64,000 nt of DNA, taken from a virus. Under the pieces are notes generated by a model. The model worked only from the letters and a program-made list of their open reading frames with translations. It was not told where the DNA came from and did no database searches. Where the stretch lies: the IMG/VR virus record IMGVR_UViG_3300031950_000001, positions 32,001 through 96,000 of that record. The stretch is one strand, 5' to 3'. This document shows, in pieces, positions 15,052 through 25,577 of the stretch (within the stretch, counting starts at the first letter, position 1; each line of letters starts with the position of its first letter). Position numbers and translations under genes: made by a program.

Positions 15052-17232
15052 ATGAGCAGCTACATGAAAAGCAAAGCTCTGCTTCAGAAACTGGCCGGCC
15101 TGAAAGGCGTTAAACGGGCTGACGACCTTTCGAGCACGAACGAGTTCGAGAAGGCATTCTCGAATCTCGCCCTGGCTGTTACGATGGACCAATTTCCGCA
15201 ACTATCTGAGCGGATTCTTGGTTTCCAGACTATCGAAAAAAGCGAAGACGAGCGCAAAGCCGTCGGCGTACTGGGTCTGGATCTAGGCGGAAAGCTGGCC
15301 CTAGCGCCGTTTTTCTTCAATAAAGGCGAGCTTGTTGGCAGCGAACTTCTGTGGTTGGCGGATGGGAACGTCTTTGTGCCCAAGATTCCTGAATGGATCG
15401 ACCATCTTGTAATGCATCACAATATGCCGATGGGCACCCTTATTTCCGAAAATATCCGCCCGATTCAGCCAACAATGGATTTTCTGCGCTTCCTTCCCAC
15501 AAAAGCGGCAAGCGCAGATTGGCTCGTTAATTACCTGCCCGATATTGCGTATGCGCGACTGCATCCGCCGGGACTTAAGGGCGTCGACCTTGAGGGGGCT
15601 ATCCGTCGCAATCCTGCGCTTGCGAAGGCGTTCATTAAGCTCAGTGAAGCGTGGCCTGCAATTAAGCTCTATAAGCAATACGGTGTCCAGAGACTTCTCA
15701 ATGTTGCTGAAGAGTCGGCCCAGCGGGGTGAATCGGTTCTTTATGAACCGATCAAACGACAACGAGTAAAAACGGCCGCAGTTGAGATTATTACCAATCT
15801 CGACGTAGATGACCCCCGGCTCTCGGTCGAAGATCGCCTGAAAATCAAGAAAGACGGTTATCTCGTCATCGACCGACGGAAATCTTTTGCCAAATATGCA
15901 AAAGTCGAGGACGTTGAAGCCACCGTTCGAGAACAGATTCAAGTAAACGTAACCGAGCCGGGCGTCTATAAAGTATTGTCGGAAAAGGACGGAAAGTTCC
16001 ACCGTGCCCTGGTTATCCCGTATCGTGCCGATCTACGAAACGACCGTGCGCGTAAGCCCGATTTTTACCCGACAAGATACGAAACGGACCGTCTATCTAA
16101 GGTTTACGTGAAGTTTCTCGATGGCGACGAGGAGTACATGTGCCATCCGCAAGACGTAGCCGTTCTTGTGGGAAGCAAGGAGAGCGACGAGGCGTTTCAG
16201 CGAGCGCTTAAGAACAATAGTGTTTCCGCTAAGAAGACGTCGGGCCGTCACCTTATTGTTGATAAATCGGGCAACGTCATCCATGTTTTTCAGTATGATG
16301 ACGAGCTTGTACTCGCCGACGGCGACCGTCCGGGGCAGGAAGTCGTCGTTATCATTACCGAGACGCCTACGGGTAATATTGTGTTCGGCCGTAAGCGGGT
16401 GTTCGTTCCGCCGGATGCGCGGATGATCAATCTTGCCAAAGTCAAACAAAAATCCCCTTCTGGGGGGCCTGATCTCCTCGCTAAACGGGTAGCAAATGGC
16501 GATTTTGATCAACTTACGGTCATTAAATTCAATGACGATCATTTCGCCATCAACGGTCGGCACAAAAACAAGCGGGAAGCCGTTAGTGAGCTTCTCATCG
16601 TTTACGGTCTTAATGAGAAAGGGGCTGAGGAAATCCTCCGTACATCCCGCTCCAGTGGAACTCGGTGGATTGTCTCAAAGACTGCCGAGCAGATTTCGCT
16701 CGATCCCAAGCTTACGCCTGCACCCGGTTTTGTCGAACCTGCTGGCGTTCCTGATATGTTCCTGGGTTCTCAAACCCCTACAAAGCCGGCTCTTTCATAT
16801 ATGGTTTCTGTATCCTCGGTCAGAGGAATTATGCCTGTTCGTCGGCGGGCGAACGAGCCGATCAACCCTGAGCTTGTAAAAGCCGTCCAAGAGGCCGCCC
16901 AAACCGGCCAGAAAGAAGTTTTCGATACAACTACGCTTTCGTCCTTGCTTTCCATTGCCGATGACCGGGAGATTATCGACAAGCATCTTCCCGACGTCCT
17001 CCAGGCGGTTGATGCTCTTGGGCGTATCCTCTTTGCGTTCTATTGGCATAGCGACGAGTTTGAACGGCGCTATGGTCAATATGACGTCGAACGGATCAAG
17101 AATATGCTCTCGGCGCAGTTCAAACAGCTTGGGAAACTGTCGGTTATGCTCAAGGAACAGCAGCAAACGGCAATGACACGCCATATCGATGAGGGTACTG
17201 GTGAATTTGGTTCGGCTAGGGAATTAGGATAA
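15052..17232 (+). CDS. Large probable virion head/core protein (K-x-A rich)
   Basis: 726 aa, first large gene of the structural module. Has KLA, KRA, KAA, KTA and KYA motifs. Confidence 0.7.
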   Translation: MSSYMKSKALLQKLAGLKGVKRADDLSSTNEFEKAFSNLALAVTMDQFPQLSERILGFQTIEKSEDERKAVGVLGLDLGGKLALAPFFFNKGELVGSELLWLADGNVFVPKIPEWIDHLVMHHNMPMGTLISENIRPIQPTMDFLRFLPTKAASADWLVNYLPDIAYARLHPPGLKGVDLEGAIRRNPALAKAFIKLSEAWPAIKLYKQYGVQRLLNVAEESAQRGESVLYEPIKRQRVKTAAVEIITNLDVDDPRLSVEDRLKIKKDGYLVIDRRKSFAKYAKVEDVEATVREQIQVNVTEPGVYKVLSEKDGKFHRALVIPYRADLRNDRARKPDFYPTRYETDRLSKVYVKFLDGDEEYMCHPQDVAVLVGSKESDEAFQRALKNNSVSAKKTSGRHLIVDKSGNVIHVFQYDDELVLADGDRPGQEVVVIITETPTGNIVFGRKRVFVPPDARMINLAKVKQKSPSGGPDLLAKRVANGDFDQLTVIKFNDDHFAINGRHKNKREAVSELLIVYGLNEKGAEEILRTSRSSGTRWIVSKTAEQISLDPKLTPAPGFVEPAGVPDMFLGSQTPTKPALSYMVSVSSVRGIMPVRRRANEPINPELVKAVQEAAQTGQKEVFDTTTLSSLLSIADDREIIDKHLPDVLQAVDALGRILFAFYWHSDEFERRYGQYDVERIKNMLSAQFKQLGKLSVMLKEQQQTAMTRHIDEGTGEFGSARELG

Positions 17233-17239
17233 GTAGACC

Positions 17240-17647
17240 ATGAAGCTCCATGAAATTCGACGTAGTTCGGTAACAGGGAATGCTCTCGAAGTAGGCCAAG
17301 CGGCATCATCAGTTGTTTTTGCGATACCCGTTCCTGCCGAAGGTATCGTTCGACGCTTTTCTCTTGCTGCCGAAACGACGCAGGATATGCCTACAATTAC
17401 CGGCGTGAATCTCTATGATGATAGTCCGTCCGGGACAAATTCGGCCTTCAATCATGCTAGCAAGGTTATTCCCACCCAAACGTCGGCTCCTGCCCAATAT
17501 ATAGGACAGGCGGCCTATTCGTTAACGTCTCGTCGTGCGCAGTATGGCGGTCAGTTGTACGTCGAAGTTACAGCCGGTTCTAATATCCCGGCAGGGGCTA
17601 AGTTTGCTCTTTCGCTTGTGATTCAAGTCGGTGGCGCAATCATGTAG
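17240..17647 (+). CDS. Small beta-rich probable virion protein
   Basis: 135 aa, rich in Ala/Ser/Thr/Val, in the structural operon. Confidence 0.65.
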   Translation: MKLHEIRRSSVTGNALEVGQAASSVVFAIPVPAEGIVRRFSLAAETTQDMPTITGVNLYDDSPSGTNSAFNHASKVIPTQTSAPAQYIGQAAYSLTSRRAQYGGQLYVEVTAGSNIPAGAKFALSLVIQVGGAIM

Positions 17648-17651
17648 GCCT

Positions 17652-18422
17652 ATGATCGACAACGAATTCACAAAGTCCCAGCTCTGGAGACCGCCAGATT
17701 GGCGTTGGAAAAGGGCGCAAATGCTGAAGGATGTCGCTAACCTCCCCCGAACGGAGGATAACGACAACTATGTCCTTCTTGCCATCGATTACTTAAGTGG
17801 CAAGCAGACGGCCGAGCAGATCATGGCCGAAAAGATTTACTCAAAAGAGATTCTCGCGTCAGTAAAGTGGGAAGTAGAAGCCAGATTAATCGCCGGTCAG
17901 ACAGATCAAGAAATCGCTTCTCGGTTAGCGACATCCCCAGATGTAATACGGTTTTATGAAGCATGGTTTTATAATATAAGAGATAGACTTGACAACTATA
18001 GTTATATCTTTCAACGACTGATATACCCCATTGTAGAGGTGGTCGACGGTAAGCCATCCAGGGAGGCTGTCTGGAAGTTTTTTGCCTTTTGTGGCGGTTC
18101 CGGCGTTATTGATGAAATTATTTACGACAGCAATATTCTACGTGGCTTGTCGACCAAGAACTTCTGGAAGCAGAATCTTGCGCACACCGTCCTACGTCGG
18201 TTGGCTGTCAAGGCCAAATTTAACGAAGACTTCCTGGATCGTAATGTAGATCGTTTGCTAAGCTCCGTTTCGGAAGAAGGCAAGAAGCGTGAAGGAGACG
18301 AGCTTCACAAGGTTCTTGTCAGTACGATGACGAGTTTGGGGTGGAACTGGGGGGATAAGAAGCTGATCGAACACATGCCGGATGGGCCCAATTTCGAAAA
18401 TACGAATCCGGAGTCAAATTAA
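17652..18422 (+). CDS. Hypothetical protein with possible HTH
   Basis: ATG at 17652. GQTDQEIASRLATSPDVIRFY resembles an HTH. Confidence 0.7.
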   Translation: MIDNEFTKSQLWRPPDWRWKRAQMLKDVANLPRTEDNDNYVLLAIDYLSGKQTAEQIMAEKIYSKEILASVKWEVEARLIAGQTDQEIASRLATSPDVIRFYEAWFYNIRDRLDNYSYIFQRLIYPIVEVVDGKPSREAVWKFFAFCGGSGVIDEIIYDSNILRGLSTKNFWKQNLAHTVLRRLAVKAKFNEDFLDRNVDRLLSSVSEEGKKREGDELHKVLVSTMTSLGWNWGDKKLIEHMPDGPNFENTNPESN

Positions 18423-18423
18423 G

Positions 18424-19779
18424 ATGTCGGTCAAAAAGCTAACATCCGAAACCAAGGAAAAGATCGCGCATATTACCAGCGAGCTTGTCGACAGCGTCGA
18501 GATGGGCGAAGACCCGAAGGCAGCCGCCATTAAGCTCGCCAAAGCGTACGATCTGACAAAAGATCAAATCCGAATGGTCGTTCGAGCCTATAATACGGCG
18601 GCATCGTTGGCCCAGCTAGAGGAATTTGACAAACGAGCCGAAGTTCCACGCGTCATTAACGCAGAAGCGGTTGTCAAAGCTGTCTTTGGAGGCAAGCGGA
18701 CCAAGGTCGCAAGCCAAGAAGTACAAGAAAAGCCGCAAGTGGTTTCCTCCGACTGGTCTCTTCCCGTACAAGCGGTGGTCCGAACTGATACGCCGATTCG
18801 TACCAGCCGTATCATCAAGTTCGCGACAGTTGACCGTCCTAAGCCGGAACCGAAAGATAACACTCCGTTTCTTGCTCAACAAGCTCGCAAAGAAGCGGCT
18901 GTTGTAAAGCTGGCCGCAGAACGTCGTTTCGTCGACGCGATTCAGCAGCTTGCGGAATATTTTTCCGTAACTGGAGCAATTGATCCGAAAATTGCGGAAC
19001 AGAACGCGGTTGCGGCTTTTGGTAAAGATAGTAAAACGATCATCAAATCAGCCCTTGATTTTGCAGGACTAAAGAAAAAACCCATTTATTCTAATAACCC
19101 TGTTTTTGATCCGCAAAAGCCCCCTTACAATCTAATCAAACAGGCCGTTGATGCCTGCAATGACTATCTGCAGGCCGTTAAGACCGAAAAGCTGGCCGAT
19201 GAAGTTGCTCCAAAGAAGAAAAAGCTCGATCTTGCCAACCTCCGGAAGCCGATCTACGGAACGATCTTTCCCGAACTTGAGCCCGAACGTTGGCAGACCA
19301 TCTTTCCTGAATTAGAGTTTGGAAAGGAGGCCGCAGCCAAGACCGGAATTAATATATCTCCGTTTGGACCGACCGCGCAGACGTTGGCCCTTGGTTTAGG
19401 GGAAGTGTTCGGTCATCCTCGAGAATCGGTTGTTAAACCGACCGACGTTACGATGAATATTGAGGCTACAACATTACGAACAAAGAGCTACCTTATTCAT
19501 TTGATGGCCAATGACCCTGTTATAAGCAAATATCCGCCTGAAGAGGTGGTTAAAGTTTATAACGCCCTTAGTCGTCTAGCGCCGAGAGCAATGCAGCAGC
19601 CGAACGTAATTGTTATGTACCTTCGGATTGCACTACAGTCTGGAGGCTCGTTGGATAATTTCCACACCAATTCGCTTGTGGCGATAAATCGCGAATTAGA
19701 CCGGGTAGCGACGGGAATTTCATCCGGCGCATTTTCGCTCGCCGAACGCGGCACGGGCGAATCAGAGGAGGCCGCATAA
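18424..19779 (+). CDS. Probable prohead core protein (K-x-A rich)
   Basis: ATG at 18424. Repeated KIA, KAA, KLA, KRA, KVA, KFA, KEA and KQA. Confidence 0.7.
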   Translation: MSVKKLTSETKEKIAHITSELVDSVEMGEDPKAAAIKLAKAYDLTKDQIRMVVRAYNTAASLAQLEEFDKRAEVPRVINAEAVVKAVFGGKRTKVASQEVQEKPQVVSSDWSLPVQAVVRTDTPIRTSRIIKFATVDRPKPEPKDNTPFLAQQARKEAAVVKLAAERRFVDAIQQLAEYFSVTGAIDPKIAEQNAVAAFGKDSKTIIKSALDFAGLKKKPIYSNNPVFDPQKPPYNLIKQAVDACNDYLQAVKTEKLADEVAPKKKKLDLANLRKPIYGTIFPELEPERWQTIFPELEFGKEAAAKTGINISPFGPTAQTLALGLGEVFGHPRESVVKPTDVTMNIEATTLRTKSYLIHLMANDPVISKYPPEEVVKVYNALSRLAPRAMQQPNVIVMYLRIALQSGGSLDNFHTNSLVAINRELDRVATGISSGAFSLAERGTGESEEAA

Positions 19780-19815
19780 ACAACCCTCCTTTTTTGACCA
19801 GAAAGGTTTAAAACA

Positions 19816-20079
19816 ATGCTCTGCTACGAGGCTATTATGAAGATCGCTGCGTTGCTAAAAGAAGCTCGTAAATCAAAGCATTTTGAGGAAAAGGACTATC
19901 CGGAAAAGGCAAAAGAGATTTATCGTGCTCTGAAACGCGAACACGGCGAAGAGATGCCTGCCGAAGTCAAGGCTCGAATAGCCCTTGCGAGAGCCAAAGG
20001 AAAGAAGCCTGGTAGTAAACCTACAGGACCGATACATTATCGTTGGAGCCGTAGTAAGAAGAAATATGTGTCGAAATAA
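19816..20079 (+). CDS. Small basic protein
   Basis: 87 aa, Lys-rich, with KIA and KEA near the N-terminus. Confidence 0.7.
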   Translation: MLCYEAIMKIAALLKEARKSKHFEEKDYPEKAKEIYRALKREHGEEMPAEVKARIALARAKGKKPGSKPTGPIHYRWSRSKKKYVSK

Positions 20080-20125
20080 CATTTTCGGTTGTCGCGAGCA
20101 ATTTAGCAAAAAATAGGACAAAACG

Positions 20126-21583
20126 ATGGCGACTGATCCTATAAAGCTGATACGGCGACATCGCATAAAACACGCCGCGGAGCCGGCCGGGCCTGCTGAT
20201 CAAAGTGAACCGACGCTACAGGTCGGGCCTCCAGCCCCAAGGAACCTCGGGCCAGAACCGCCGCCTGATGCGCCTGCCTCGGGCGCTGCACCGCCGACGG
20301 GCGTGCGCGGATTTATGGATGCAGTCGTCCCGCCCGCTCTCGCATTAGGTGCGACAGGGATATTAATTGGAACATTATTTGATCGAAAACACGGGCTTTT
20401 TGCAGGAACGACGGCGGCATTAGGGCTTCTGGGAACGGCTATTGGCGCTGGTTGGGGTGCTTTGCAAGCCGGCGGCGGCACCGGCGGCACTGGTGGTCTT
20501 TCAGATGTTATGATACGCGGCATTGGGCGTATGTTTGGCTTCGGCGACCAGTCAGGAGAGCCTTCACAAGGGTGGGGAGAAAGTCTAGCCCCGTGGGTTC
20601 GATGGTTGTCGCCAGTTGGTGGCGGTGGTGTCGGTTTTTTCCTTGGAAGCGGCCTCGGTAGCCGTCTATATAAACGATTCGCCTATCCGCGCGGGCTAAA
20701 GAAATTCAATTTATATATACCCCATCCGACGCACGTACGACGATTTGATTCATTTATCGATATGGTAATAGATACATTGCAAAGTCGCGGGGCCGTACTA
20801 AAGCACGCTATAGATAGGCTTAACAATAAGGCGTCATTACTTGTTGACCAAGCTAAGCAACTAGATCAGCTGTTGCGCGCGCGAATTCAGACTAAGATGA
20901 AAGGGATGTCCGATTTAGCATACCGCGTAACAAGTCAGAAGGAGCCATTATACGAACATGCGATATCGCAAAAAACCGTAGTGCGGCAACAACCCGTATT
21001 CGAGTCGCCTGTGTTAATAACGAACAACGCAACGCTTGTAAGCGACGCTTTGGCGGCAAACAAAGAAGTACGACTCAGAATGGCGACACGCGAGTTCTTG
21101 TCTTGTCTTGGGCCTGGGGATATTAATCCATTAGAGTTCGAAAAGTGTAAAGATGTTCTAAAAGCGATTGCAAAAGACCACGGGCTCGAAGGAAGCGAGA
21201 AAAGAATTTTCGACAGTGCGAGTGATCAAATAGCGGCTGCACGTAGAAGTTGGTTCCGGAACAGGACTGATGCAGAGGCGCTTGAACACGCAAAACAAAG
21301 TATCGACGTTGGTCGCGCCGAAAGGACTGCGCAGAAGCGTCTCAGCAAAGCACTTCGCGCTCTTGAGCAGCAACTCGATGCGACCGCCCGCGATATCAGC
21401 GTGCTTGAGCGGTGTAAGCGACGCTTGCCCAACATAAAGTCTCCGCCAAAATGGCCCGGATGGACAGGTGGCTTGGGTGTGGGGGCGGCAGGCGTGGTGC
21501 TGGGTGAATTCGCTGGTCCGTTGGTGGCAGATTGGCTTATGCCTCCGCATCCCGTGCGCTCTCTACAACAACCTATAGATTAG
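20126..21583 (+). CDS. Glycine-zipper-containing probable internal virion protein
   Basis: Basic N-terminus ending in KHA, a Pro-rich linker, several GxxxG hydrophobic helices and a coiled coil. Confidence 0.7.
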   Translation: MATDPIKLIRRHRIKHAAEPAGPADQSEPTLQVGPPAPRNLGPEPPPDAPASGAAPPTGVRGFMDAVVPPALALGATGILIGTLFDRKHGLFAGTTAALGLLGTAIGAGWGALQAGGGTGGTGGLSDVMIRGIGRMFGFGDQSGEPSQGWGESLAPWVRWLSPVGGGGVGFFLGSGLGSRLYKRFAYPRGLKKFNLYIPHPTHVRRFDSFIDMVIDTLQSRGAVLKHAIDRLNNKASLLVDQAKQLDQLLRARIQTKMKGMSDLAYRVTSQKEPLYEHAISQKTVVRQQPVFESPVLITNNATLVSDALAANKEVRLRMATREFLSCLGPGDINPLEFEKCKDVLKAIAKDHGLEGSEKRIFDSASDQIAAARRSWFRNRTDAEALEHAKQSIDVGRAERTAQKRLSKALRALEQQLDATARDISVLERCKRRLPNIKSPPKWPGWTGGLGVGAAGVVLGEFAGPLVADWLMPPHPVRSLQQPID

Positions 21584-21730
21584 TTTTCGCGTTTACATTG
21601 TGCGCATTCAAGCATAATATACGAGGCGGGAACGGGCGCTTGCCGTTATCGTTCGTCTTATAACAGCTGCTAGGCGTCGAATCTCTCGGTGGGTAGATTC
21701 TAGTAAATTCGGAAGAGCCGAAAGATACCC

Positions 21731-23137
21731 ATGCTAAAAATCATTCCTCCCAATAGCCAAACCTTTGACGAGCCTCCCGTCTATGCCGTAAAGATGGCGT
21801 CGAAAGGTCTTACGGGAGAGGATCGAAAAAGCTTTGTCAAACGGGCGGCTGCCTATTTTATTGACGTATTACAGAAATCGCCACCAAAATCCGGTGAAGT
21901 GCCTATCCATGTTATCGCCCTCGGCGATGGCGAGCATTTCGGGCCAAATCGTAACGGCGACTATTTCCCGTCGGAAACATGTGAACGCGATCATTCTACT
22001 TTTACCAAATTTGCCTATTTTTACCGTTCTCACATCAATAAAAACCCCCGTCGCAGTTATGGGATCGTAAAGGCTTCTTATTACAACAAGCCAGCAGGTC
22101 GGATTGAACTTCTTGTTTATCTTAATGGTACTAAAGAGGCTGCCGAGCGTAATCAAGGCCTTGTTGCCGATGAGGAGCTTGAACTCCTCCATAAGGGGGA
22201 AGATATCCCCGTCAGCATGGCAACCAGGGTACCTTATGACGTCTGCTCGGGCTGCGGCAATAAAGCCCGGACCCGACTTGAATACTGCACTCCCGCCCGA
22301 TGCGTGAAATATGGCGGACTCCGTAGCAATATTGGTAAAACCTTCGATGACGGCCATACGCTGTGTGCGATAAACCCCGTTTGTGAGTGGTTTGATATTT
22401 CCCACGTCATTCGACCGGCGGATAGGATTGCCTATTCCATTGCGGTTTATTCCGAACTTACCAAGCAGGCTAACGAAGATGGAACAGTCGTTTCTGGGGC
22501 CGAGCTAGCCGAAAAGATAAAGCTTGCCCTTCCGACGTGGTATATCGATGCGCTTCCTTCGCCGATAGTCAGAAAGCAGTACCAAGCCCTTAAAACGCTC
22601 ACTGAGATCGAAAAAACAGCGGCGTTTGACCTCTCCTATGCTACTAAATTGGCCGAAATCTCGAAAATTGCTAAAAGCGGTCATCCGGTGCCCTCAAAAA
22701 ACATTGACAAACAGAACTTCCTTATCTCCTTAGGCCAAATGGGAGTAATGCTCCCCCCGAAAGTATGGGCCGATCTGTTTGGAGCTCCCGATTTTTCGTC
22801 GTATTTGCCCGGGAGTTTCACAAAGCTATCCCAACAGAGCGATGTAGTTTCTATAATAGAAAGTAATCCGTATATTTCGACCCAAAGCGTCAAAGTTGCC
22901 GGTTCCGTTGATATTCGTCCTATCGTTTCCTGTTACTCGATAAAGCCGTTTGAATTCGCGATTAAGACGGCCAGTTATAGCCCCCATTACGTAACCCTGG
23001 AGAAGGAGGCCGATGAGCGATTGGGGCAGGTTTTAGCCAGGGAATACGCCCTATATCAATTGGCCGTTCTTTCAAATTACGTTGATAGTCCAGATTTCCG
23101 GAAAATGGCAGCCATTGCCGTTTCCGTACAGTTTTAA
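21731..23137 (+). CDS. Probable prohead maturation protease
   Basis: Lies just upstream of scaffold and capsid genes. Has NRNGDYF, YRSH, VSMA..YDVCSGCGN and FDISHV motifs resembling phage head-maturation serine proteases. The C-terminal half is full of K-x-A. Confidence 0.65.
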   Translation: MLKIIPPNSQTFDEPPVYAVKMASKGLTGEDRKSFVKRAAAYFIDVLQKSPPKSGEVPIHVIALGDGEHFGPNRNGDYFPSETCERDHSTFTKFAYFYRSHINKNPRRSYGIVKASYYNKPAGRIELLVYLNGTKEAAERNQGLVADEELELLHKGEDIPVSMATRVPYDVCSGCGNKARTRLEYCTPARCVKYGGLRSNIGKTFDDGHTLCAINPVCEWFDISHVIRPADRIAYSIAVYSELTKQANEDGTVVSGAELAEKIKLALPTWYIDALPSPIVRKQYQALKTLTEIEKTAAFDLSYATKLAEISKIAKSGHPVPSKNIDKQNFLISLGQMGVMLPPKVWADLFGAPDFSSYLPGSFTKLSQQSDVVSIIESNPYISTQSVKVAGSVDIRPIVSCYSIKPFEFAIKTASYSPHYVTLEKEADERLGQVLAREYALYQLAVLSNYVDSPDFRKMAAIAVSVQF

Positions 23138-23164
23138 AAAATTTGATTCCGGAATCAAATTTTT
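23137..23164. repeat. Dispersed palindrome (core 23142-23159)
   Basis: 28-bp perfect palindrome at the protease stop codon. Confidence 0.95.
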
Positions 23165-23193
23165 AAGAGTAGCTGTGTTGGGTGTTTCTTATA

Positions 23194-23202
23194 TGCTATA
23201 AT
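23194..23202 (+). promoter_or_regulatory. Extended -10 promoter for the scaffold/capsid operon
   Basis: TGCTATAAT about 50 bp upstream of GGAGGAG-ATG. Confidence 0.55.
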
Positions 23203-23251
23203 AAAAAATTGAAAAACGAGCGTTTCGCGGATTTCATTTGGAGGAGCAAAT

Positions 23252-24460
23252 ATGACCAAATCTTTGCAAGAAATCACCGATCTCCTTCGTCAAGTGATTG
23301 AAGGGAAGGTCAAGAAAGCATCGGTTGGTGACGACGCGGATGACAGAACCCGAGAGCATAAGCCCGGCGATTTTGCCGACGAGCTTTTGCAGGAAAACAA
23401 GGAAACGATTCCCTCGGGTACCGCCAGCTATGACGAGGAAGAACCAGTGGACACGGATGAAGACAAAGAAGAGGAAACCACCGAGGGTGCTGAAAACCTT
23501 TTGGCTGGTCCTAGCGGCTATGAAGGTGTTCCGGAACCTGAGGATAAACCTAAAGACGTCTCCACCTCTTCCGGGCTTAGCGTCGAGAAACAGAGTGCAG
23601 TCAAAAAGGCTAGTACTAATGAACTCGCCGAAGCCGCAGTTCATTACGCTGCCCGCATTGCAGGCTTCTTGAAAGAGGCCGCGGAGGATAGTGGTTATCT
23701 TCTCAGCGAGATTTCGCCTACGGTTCTTTCGCGCCTTGTTGCCAGCAAAGTCGTCGAGGAGGCACGAGCTCGGGCGAATCTCGTCGGTGCCATTTTGCAT
23801 AGCGTAAAGCTTGCGCAAGATGCGGCTGAAGAAGAGGAAGAAGGGAAAGAAAAGAAGAAAAAGATGCCCACGGACGAATATGAGGAGACCGAAGAATCTG
23901 AGAACGAGCCCCCAAAAGTCAAAGTAAAAGAGCCCGAGGAAACGCCCGAAGAGACCGCTGAAGAGCCTTCCAACGTTCCCGTTATTCCCGCCGAAGATAT
24001 CGATAGGCTTGTTGATGCTCTTTCGGATCTCGTTCGTGCTGAAGAGGCTGCGGGCCGTTCGGGAGCACCTCGAGGCCTTGAGCCTGGCACTGAGGAAGAA
24101 CCGAGCGAGGAAGACGAAGAAGAAAAGGGTCAAATCCTCGAACGGCTTCTGAGCGAAGCTCCTGCGCCGGCTGCGGAGGAAGAGAAGAAAAAAGAGGAAG
24201 AAATTAAACGCGCCAGCGACGAGGAAATTCTCTCGGCGACTCTAGATGCGCTTCTTGCTCGTGGTGAAAGCCTGACTGATCTGGCTTCTAAAGGCGGCCG
24301 GATTGGATATCAATTGGCGAAATGCGCTGAAGCGCATTTGCGAAGCCGTCGATATGTTCCGCTTTCGCGATTGCCCGCAGAAAAACGGGCTCGTGCTCGT
24401 CGGTTGCGAGACCACGTTGAAGATTTCATTTCCGATCTGTACAATAAAAGTAGGAACTAA
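23252..24460 (+). CDS. Acidic scaffold-like protein
   Basis: Very Glu-rich, located between protease and capsid genes. Has KKA twice, KEA, KLA and KRA. Confidence 0.7.
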   Translation: MTKSLQEITDLLRQVIEGKVKKASVGDDADDRTREHKPGDFADELLQENKETIPSGTASYDEEEPVDTDEDKEEETTEGAENLLAGPSGYEGVPEPEDKPKDVSTSSGLSVEKQSAVKKASTNELAEAAVHYAARIAGFLKEAAEDSGYLLSEISPTVLSRLVASKVVEEARARANLVGAILHSVKLAQDAAEEEEEGKEKKKKMPTDEYEETEESENEPPKVKVKEPEETPEETAEEPSNVPVIPAEDIDRLVDALSDLVRAEEAAGRSGAPRGLEPGTEEEPSEEDEEEKGQILERLLSEAPAPAAEEEKKKEEEIKRASDEEILSATLDALLARGESLTDLASKGGRIGYQLAKCAEAHLRSRRYVPLSRLPAEKRARARRLRDHVEDFISDLYNKSRN

Positions 24461-24478
24461 GCAGAGGAGACATCAAAT

Positions 24479-24859
24479 ATGGCAGACATTGTAAAATATG
24501 CCGAAGCTCTTCAGCTCGTTGTCCGCGAGCTTGCCAATCGAGCCAGTGGCTACGTCGAAAAGCAAGCTGCCGTGACGAAACGAGTTCCGGAGGTGATTGA
24601 TACCCTTGTCGCGAACTCGTTTATCACGGTTAACCAAAAAGACGTGGCGGCAAAACTCTTAAGCACACACGAAGGTAGCCTCGAAATTATCGAGCGGATG
24701 GCTAAAAAGGCAAGCGTTCGCCAATCTGGCGTTATTGGTGAAGCCGTAGGCGGTAGTTCCAGCACTCCTATCCGCCGAGTGGCCGTGGATCATATTCCTC
24801 GAATTGAGGATCTCCCGGCTGCGCAGGAGTTTGCTCAGCGGATTTTGTCTCGCGCATAA
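24479..24859 (+). CDS. Small head-assembly protein
   Basis: 126 aa with KYA, KQA and KKA, in the head operon. Confidence 0.7.
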   Translation: MADIVKYAEALQLVVRELANRASGYVEKQAAVTKRVPEVIDTLVANSFITVNQKDVAAKLLSTHEGSLEIIERMAKKASVRQSGVIGEAVGGSSSTPIRRVAVDHIPRIEDLPAAQEFAQRILSRA

Positions 24860-24900
24860 CGGTACATTAGACGAAAAACTCTAAGAAGGAGATTAAAACG

Positions 24901-25527
24901 ATGGCTAGACTGATCCTTCAAGCTTACGATCATGCATTGAATGTTGTGCGTGGGTGGAACCCGCCTACTCATTTGCAGAAGGTGGCGCCGGTTGATACCG
25001 CCCTCCTGCAGACGATTAGCACCTGGCCTGCAGGGCGTGTCGGGTTTGTTTCCGGTTCGGGCGCGAATGCGGGTACCGTGACTTTGGCTACGCCGACGAA
25101 CACCGCTGGTAACCCGATGCCTCTCTATCTGTTGCAGGGCGGCCAAGGCTACGATGTGGCGGATACCGGTGTTAACGCCGCCGGCAATCTGGTGCAGGTG
25201 AATACTGCCCCGGGCGGTGTTATTACGGGCCTTGTTGCTACAGGTGGTTTCGAGCTCCAGACCACCGAATACAAAACCGGCCAAGGTGTTAACTACAGTG
25301 TGAATACTCCTCTGACGGTTGCGCTTGATGCCAGTAACATCGGTGGTTTGCTTGCGCCGGGCACTTTCTATACGAACTGGATTTGCGGCGTGGCCTCTGT
25401 GCATTGGGGCTATGACTATCAGACCTACGGACCCGGTCAATATCCGACCAGTCCCGTTGGCGTGAACGCCATGAAACGCAACGTGCTGACGTTCTGGAGT
25501 TACTTCTTGCCGAAGTCCGGAAGCTAA
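24901..25527 (+). CDS. Probable capsid decoration/cement protein
   Basis: Gly/Thr-rich beta protein immediately upstream of the MCP. AAGGAG RBS. Confidence 0.6.
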   Translation: MARLILQAYDHALNVVRGWNPPTHLQKVAPVDTALLQTISTWPAGRVGFVSGSGANAGTVTLATPTNTAGNPMPLYLLQGGQGYDVADTGVNAAGNLVQVNTAPGGVITGLVATGGFELQTTEYKTGQGVNYSVNTPLTVALDASNIGGLLAPGTFYTNWICGVASVHWGYDYQTYGPGQYPTSPVGVNAMKRNVLTFWSYFLPKSGS

Positions 25528-25577
25528 TTCAGTCTGAGCAACTTAACTTCAACTAAGAATATAAGGAGACAGAGACT

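Noticed and set aside
23234-24133. Long antisense ORFs (23234-24133, 56961-57800, 15301-16002, 54945-55601)
   Set aside because: They are shadows of biased or repetitive + strand genes with no motifs of their own.
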